Assembly (NCBI GenBank): GCA_024686085.1
Contig: JAIBDT010000004.1
Coordinates: 2,213-66,212, forward strand
DNA: 64,000 bases
Direction: 5' to 3'
From: Loktanella sp.
GTDB taxonomy: Bacteria > Pseudomonadota > Alphaproteobacteria > Rhodobacterales > Rhodobacteraceae
This document shows, one piece after another, positions 59,352 to 64,000 of the stretch. A program made the position numbers and the translations under genes. The notes under the pieces were generated by a model. The model did no database searches. It was not told the origin of the DNA and was given only the letters and a program-made list of their open reading frames with translations. Position 1 is the first letter of the stretch; the number at the start of each line of letters is the position of its first letter.

Positions 59352-60271
59352 GTCGTACGGTCTGCGCCCTTGAGGCCCAGCATCTTGCGCGCTTCGGTCG
59401 GCGTTGCGACCTCACGACCAAGATCTTCGACAATACGGCGGATTTTCCGAACCTGCTCTGCGTTGGTTTTGGCGAGCTGTCCGCGCGCGATCATCAAACT
59501 GTCTTCAAGTCCGACCCGTACGTGGCCGCCCATCGCGGCCGACATGGTGACCAGTGGCATCTGATGTCGGCCTGCTGCCAGCACCGAGAACATATAATCG
59601 TCGCCAAACAGCTTGTCGGCGATGACCTTCATATGCATCAGGTTCTCGGGGTCCGGCCCCATGCCACCCAGAACGCCGAATACAAACTGAATGAACAAGG
59701 GCCCCTTTATGAGCCCGCGATCGACAAAATGTTTCAGCATATAAAGGTGGCTGATATCGTAGCATTCAAACTCGAACCGTGCGCCGCGGTCCTGGCCCAT
59801 TTCGGTCAAAATGCGGACCATATCGCGGGGGGTGTTCTTGAAGACGAGGTCATCGGAATTTTCCAGAAACGGCTTTTCCCAGTCGAATTTCCAGTCCGTA
59901 ATCCGTTCCGCCGCTTGGTAGAGCGCGAAATTCATCGTGCCCATATTGAGGCTGCACATTTCAGGCTCGGCGCGTTTGGGGGCGGCGAGCCGCTGATCGA
60001 GGGTCATCACCGCGCTGCCGCCCGTGGAGATATTCAAGATCGCATCGGTCGCTTGGTTTAACCTTGGCAAGAACGCCATGAAATCTGCGGCGTCCGATGA
60101 GGGTTGGCCGGTTTTTGGATTGCGCGCATGCAGGTGCAAAATTGCGGCGCCAGCTTCGGCCGCACCTATCCCATGTTCGGTTATTTCATCAGGCGTGATC
60201 GGAAGATAGGGCGACATAGAGGGTGTATGAATTGACCCCGTAATGGCGCATGTGATGAGAATTGCAGACAT
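59345..60271 (-). CDS. beta-keto acid cleavage enzyme (BKACE/Kce, DUF849)
   Basis: ITCAITG, ILHLHAR, SLNMG, FECYD, HVRVGLED. Confidence 0.93.
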   Translation of the reverse strand: MSAILITCAITGSIHTPSMSPYLPITPDEITEHGIGAAEAGAAILHLHARNPKTGQPSSDAADFMAFLPRLNQATDAILNISTGGSAVMTLDQRLAAPKRAEPEMCSLNMGTMNFALYQAAERITDWKFDWEKPFLENSDDLVFKNTPRDMVRILTEMGQDRGARFEFECYDISHLYMLKHFVDRGLIKGPLFIQFVFGVLGGMGPDPENLMHMKVIADKLFGDDYMFSVLAAGRHQMPLVTMSAAMGGHVRVGLEDSLMIARGQLAKTNAEQVRKIRRIVEDLGREVATPTEARKMLGLKGADRTTI

Positions 60272-60272
60272 A

Positions 60273-61610
60273 TTAACCCGCCTTCATTTGCATGTGAATA
60301 TATCGCGTAAATTCGACCAAGGTCGCATCCAGCCCCGTGATGATTTCGTCAATATGATCGTTATCGACAATGAGGGGGGGGCAAACCAGAATATGATCAC
60401 CGGCGACACCATCCCGCGTGCGTCGTGAATAGACGATCAGCCCACGCTCATAAGCCATATCGACAAATTTTTGATGCGCATTCAGATGCGGCGGCAGTGG
60501 TTCTTTGCTATCGCGGTCCGCCATGAATTCAAACGCCGTGAGCAGACCTTTGCCGCGCACATCGCCGATAAGTTCATGCTTTTGCATCAGGCCATGCAGC
60601 CTTGCGATCAGCTTATCACCCATCCGTGCGGCATTGTCGCAGAGGTTTTGCGCTTCGATTTCTTCCACGACAGCCAAACCTGCGGCGCAAGCAAGCGGAT
60701 TGCCAGCATAGGTAAACCCATGTGCGAATCCACCGTGATCCATCACAGCGTTCACGATATTTTCGTCCGCAATGACGGCACCAAGCGGCACGTAGCCCGC
60801 CCCAAGGCCCTTGGACAACGCGACAATATCAGGGCGCGCGGGCCAGTGCTCGCATCCCAAGAATTTGCCCGTCCTGCCTGCACCTGTCATCACCTCATCG
60901 AGGATCAACAGCACGCCATATTGGTCACAAATCGCGCGAATACGTTCCATGTAGCCCGCGGGCGGTACCAGCGCACCGGTCGAGGCTCCGCCGATAGGTT
61001 CCACGAGAAAGGCCAATACAGTTTCCGTCCCTTCATGCAGAATTTGCGCCTCTAGCATATCGGCATAATGGGCGCCTGTTGCCGGATCATTCGGGTCAAG
61101 CCCGTCCAGATATGCACGGGGTGCCGGAATTTTCGGCATCTCTTGCATCATCGGCGCGAAGGGAGTGGTCAAGCTCGCGAAGCCCGTAACCGCCAGCGCA
61201 CCGAGGGTGCACCCGTGATAGCTGGGGCTGCGCGAAATTACTTTCCAACGTGTCGTGTTATCGGTCGCAATCGCATATTGGCGCGCCAGTTTCATCGCGC
61301 TTTCAACGGCCTCGGACCCGCCTGACACAAAGAACACCTTGTTGAGACCTTCGGGCATCAACCCCGCCAGTTTTGCTGCAAGCGCCTCTGATGCCTCGGT
61401 CTCAAAATGCAAGCGGTAGCCAAAGGTGGATTTCTCCATCTGGTGCTGCATCGCCGCCAAGACCTGCGGGTTGGAATGGCCGATATTGCACACCATCGCG
61501 CCTGAAGAGCCGTCGAGATAACGCTTGCCGTCCTGATCCCACATGTAAACGCCACGTGCGCGGTCGAGCATGGGTCTTTTGTTGCCTGACTGATAGAAAA
61601 GGTTGCTCAT
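60273..61610 (-). CDS. class III PLP aminotransferase
   Basis: YLDGSSG, SGGSEAVE, SYHG, LILDEVMTG, ALSKGLG, HGFTY. Confidence 0.94.
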   Translation of the reverse strand: MSNLFYQSGNKRPMLDRARGVYMWDQDGKRYLDGSSGAMVCNIGHSNPQVLAAMQHQMEKSTFGYRLHFETEASEALAAKLAGLMPEGLNKVFFVSGGSEAVESAMKLARQYAIATDNTTRWKVISRSPSYHGCTLGALAVTGFASLTTPFAPMMQEMPKIPAPRAYLDGLDPNDPATGAHYADMLEAQILHEGTETVLAFLVEPIGGASTGALVPPAGYMERIRAICDQYGVLLILDEVMTGAGRTGKFLGCEHWPARPDIVALSKGLGAGYVPLGAVIADENIVNAVMDHGGFAHGFTYAGNPLACAAGLAVVEEIEAQNLCDNAARMGDKLIARLHGLMQKHELIGDVRGKGLLTAFEFMADRDSKEPLPPHLNAHQKFVDMAYERGLIVYSRRTRDGVAGDHILVCPPLIVDNDHIDEIITGLDATLVEFTRYIHMQMKAG

Positions 61611-61734
61611 CTTTGCTCCTGAACGCAAAACGCATAGCGCGCATGAATTGCCTTCACACGCCTTGATAAAACCATGGAAGAAACGCTATTATATATCAAA
61701 TAAATAGCTTCAATTCCAAATATAGGAATTTCCT

Positions 61735-62703
61735 ATGATCCGCAAAACGCCGCAATTTGAGCCAGAACGCATTGCGCGGGAGCTGGATTGGAACCTGCTT
61801 CGAACCTTTGTCGTGCTCGCAGAAAGCCGTTCGGTGACGGATGCTGCAAGCAAGCTTCGCCTCAAACAACCAACAGTTTCCACGGCACTCAAGCGGTTGG
61901 AAAGCACCATTGGACGCAAGTTGATTATCCGGTCGCCCGGGCAATATGTGCTGACAGATGCGGGACGGATTTTGTACCGCGAGGCGCTTGAAATCCACGG
62001 TTCAGTGCTGCGCCTTTCGACCTTGATGCGTGAAATGACCGATGATGTGCGGGGCCATATCCAGATTTCGGTGGCCAGCCATGTGTCGTGCAAGTTGATC
62101 GACAGGGTGCTCGCAGAGTTCCACGCGGCCCACCCGAAGGTGACCATGGATATCGAGGTGCAATCGAGCGCAAAGGCCATAGCTGCGGTTGTTGCAAAAC
62201 GCGCGTCATTCGCGATTTGCCTTGTGGGGACGCAATCGCCCAGCATTGAATATCGTCAGGTATATCGTGAGTTCTTCGGGTTGTTTTGTGGCCCGCCGCA
62301 TCCGTTGTTTGGTCGCGAAGACTTACAGCTGGAAGATTTGGCCGGACATGGCTCGGTGAGCTTTGAAACCGACCATTTGGAGGATGTTCTCAAGCCCGTG
62401 ACCTTGTTGCGCGCGCGGGCGGCATTGGAGCAAAAGGTCACCGGCGTTTCAAGCCATCTGGAGGAAGTGCGCCGCATGGTTGTTGCGGGGCTTGGTGTCG
62501 GTCCGTTGCCCGTGCATGTGGCCGCGCGCGATGTCAAAGATGGCCAACTTTGGCAGGTCCCGCCCTATGAGGGGCTTCCTGCGATTGATGTTTTCCTGGT
62601 GTGGAACAACCGCGCCAACAAGAACCGCGCCGAAGAGTTTCTGCTCAAGGATTTGCTTGAGGCAATCGAGACGACGCCATTGGAGGCACGCACGTATTCC
62701 TGA
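61735..62703 (+). CDS. LysR-family regulator, divergent from the catabolic genes
   Basis: DWNLLRTF...SVTDAA..L...QPTVS HTH plus substrate-binding domain. Confidence 0.95.
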   Translation: MIRKTPQFEPERIARELDWNLLRTFVVLAESRSVTDAASKLRLKQPTVSTALKRLESTIGRKLIIRSPGQYVLTDAGRILYREALEIHGSVLRLSTLMREMTDDVRGHIQISVASHVSCKLIDRVLAEFHAAHPKVTMDIEVQSSAKAIAAVVAKRASFAICLVGTQSPSIEYRQVYREFFGLFCGPPHPLFGREDLQLEDLAGHGSVSFETDHLEDVLKPVTLLRARAALEQKVTGVSSHLEEVRRMVVAGLGVGPLPVHVAARDVKDGQLWQVPPYEGLPAIDVFLVWNNRANKNRAEEFLLKDLLEAIETTPLEARTYS

Positions 62704-62708
62704 CGGGT

Positions 62709-63503
62709 TTAGCGGTGCTGACCCGCGAGGTGTTTGCGCAAAAATTCTTTCGTGCGGTCATTTTTCGGATTGCGGAACATAACTTCTGGCGGACCTTCTT
62801 CGACCACCACCCCTTGATCCATAAACAAAACCCGATCGCAAACACTCTCGGCAAAGCTCATTTCATGGGTCACGATGATCATGGTCATATGCTCTTCCGC
62901 CAGCTTTTTCATCACGAGGTTCACCTCTTCCACCAGTTCGGGATCGAGGGCAGAGGTGGCTTCGTCAAACAGCATCACTTTGGGGTTCATCGCCAGTGCG
63001 CGCGCAATCGCGACACGCTGCTTTTGCCCGCCTGAAAGCTGCGAGGGGTAATAATCTATCCGCTCTAGCATGCCGACCTTATCAAGCTGCTCTTCGGCCA
63101 GTTTGTTGGCGTCAGCATCCGAAAGCCCCTTTAGCATTTTTGGGGCAAGCGTCACATTTCCACGCACTGTCAGATGTGGAAAGAGGTTGAAATGTTGAAA
63201 CACCATGCCAATTTCTTGACGCACCAAGTTGATGTGCTTCTCATATTGGCGATGAGGCAGATTTTTGTTGATCTGCTTATCCTCCAGCCAGATTTCGCCA
63301 CCAGTCAACGGGTCCAGATCATTGATTGCGCGCAAGAGCGTGCTTTTCCCCGATCCTGAAGGACCGATAATTGCGACGATCTGCCCTTTCTGCACCTGAA
63401 GATTGATATCCTTAAGAACCTCCAACGCGCCGTAGCTTTTCTGCGCATGCTGGATATCTACAAATGGCTTTTGATCGGTCATGTGATCCCCTTGATCATT
63501 CAT
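62709..63503 (-). CDS. polar amino-acid ABC transporter ATPase
   Basis: [37 protein letters not shown]. Confidence 0.95.
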   Translation of the reverse strand: MNDQGDHMTDQKPFVDIQHAQKSYGALEVLKDINLQVQKGQIVAIIGPSGSGKSTLLRAINDLDPLTGGEIWLEDKQINKNLPHRQYEKHINLVRQEIGMVFQHFNLFPHLTVRGNVTLAPKMLKGLSDADANKLAEEQLDKVGMLERIDYYPSQLSGGQKQRVAIARALAMNPKVMLFDEATSALDPELVEEVNLVMKKLAEEHMTMIIVTHEMSFAESVCDRVLFMDQGVVVEEGPPEVMFRNPKNDRTKEFLRKHLAGQHR

Positions 63504-64000
63504 CGTGAAGCCTGAACACGTCGTTCAACGCGACGTTGCGCCGCTTCCATGAAGAGGTTGATGATATAGTAAATGACGGCCACCAGAACGTAGAACTCGA
63601 ATGGTCGGTAAGTGCTGCCGATGGCGCGCTGTGCTGAAAGCGTAAGTTCGGACACCCCGATCACAGAGACCAAGGCGCTATCTTTCAAAAGGGCAATCAT
63701 GTTGTTGCCAACGGGTGGAATGACATCGCGAATGGCTTGCGGGACCACAACTTTTCGCAGCGCTTGCATGCGGCCAAGCCCGAGAGTGCGGGCCGCTTCG
63801 ATCTGTCCTTTGTCCACCGCCAGAATGCCGGTCTGAAACAGCTCGGAATTATAAACGGCGAAGTGTAAGCCAAGCCCGATGATCCCAGCCATGACGGCGG
63901 GCACGTCGATGCCCACTTGCACAAGGCCGAAATAGATCAAAAACAGCTGCAACAGCAGGGGCGTGCCCATGAATAGAAACGCAAATGCGCGAAACGGCAG
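63500..64000 (-). CDS. polar amino-acid ABC transporter permease, partial (starts beyond window)
   Basis: [12 protein letters not shown] loop [17 protein letters not shown]. Confidence 0.93.
   Translation of the reverse strand: MPFRAFAFLFMGTPLLLQLFLIYFGLVQVGIDVPAVMAGIIGLGLHFAVYNSELFQTGILAVDKGQIEAARTLGLGRMQALRKVVVPQAIRDVIPPVGNNMIALLKDSALVSVIGVSELTLSAQRAIGSTYRPFEFYVLVAVIYYIINLFMEAAQRRVERRVQASR

Overview
64 kb of GC-rich alphaproteobacterial chromosome. Gene content and order point to Rhodobacteraceae/Roseobacter group; this is an inference. The core backbone is meaB, lepA, glyA, nadK, prpE, maeB, a cdd-deoA-deoB-add-upp nucleoside salvage operon with a RutR-like box, a MerR/LiuR-type beta-oxidation cluster, pyrD, a 5'-nucleotidase, tRNA-Gly(TCC), an ABC exporter and acyl-CoA synthetases. 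Single accessory genes sit at several core-gene 3' ends: DUF2971 after lepA, a KAP NTPase opposite glyA, a cassette bracketed by a 75-bp duplication of the prpE 3' end, NYN-LOTUS, and a cupredoxin-like gene. Three things stand out. (1) A dead IS3-family element (54323-55775) carries five separate 39-47 bp hairpin insertions. Three of them form one miniature element family (13-nt left end / variable 18-nt hairpin / TGAGAGGG) found in both orientations with no target duplication. (2) Four ~60-bp structured repeats after lepA-DUF2971 show clear compensatory base-pair changes. (3) Right of the IS is an uncharacterised catabolic cluster (ABC amino-acid transporter, LysR, class III aminotransferase, beta-keto acid cleavage enzyme, acetylpolyamine-type deacetylase, M20 amidohydrolase, broad-spectrum-like racemase) that suggests an undescribed route for an N-acetylated beta-amino/diamino acid. 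All family calls come from motif recognition by eye; no database search was run.
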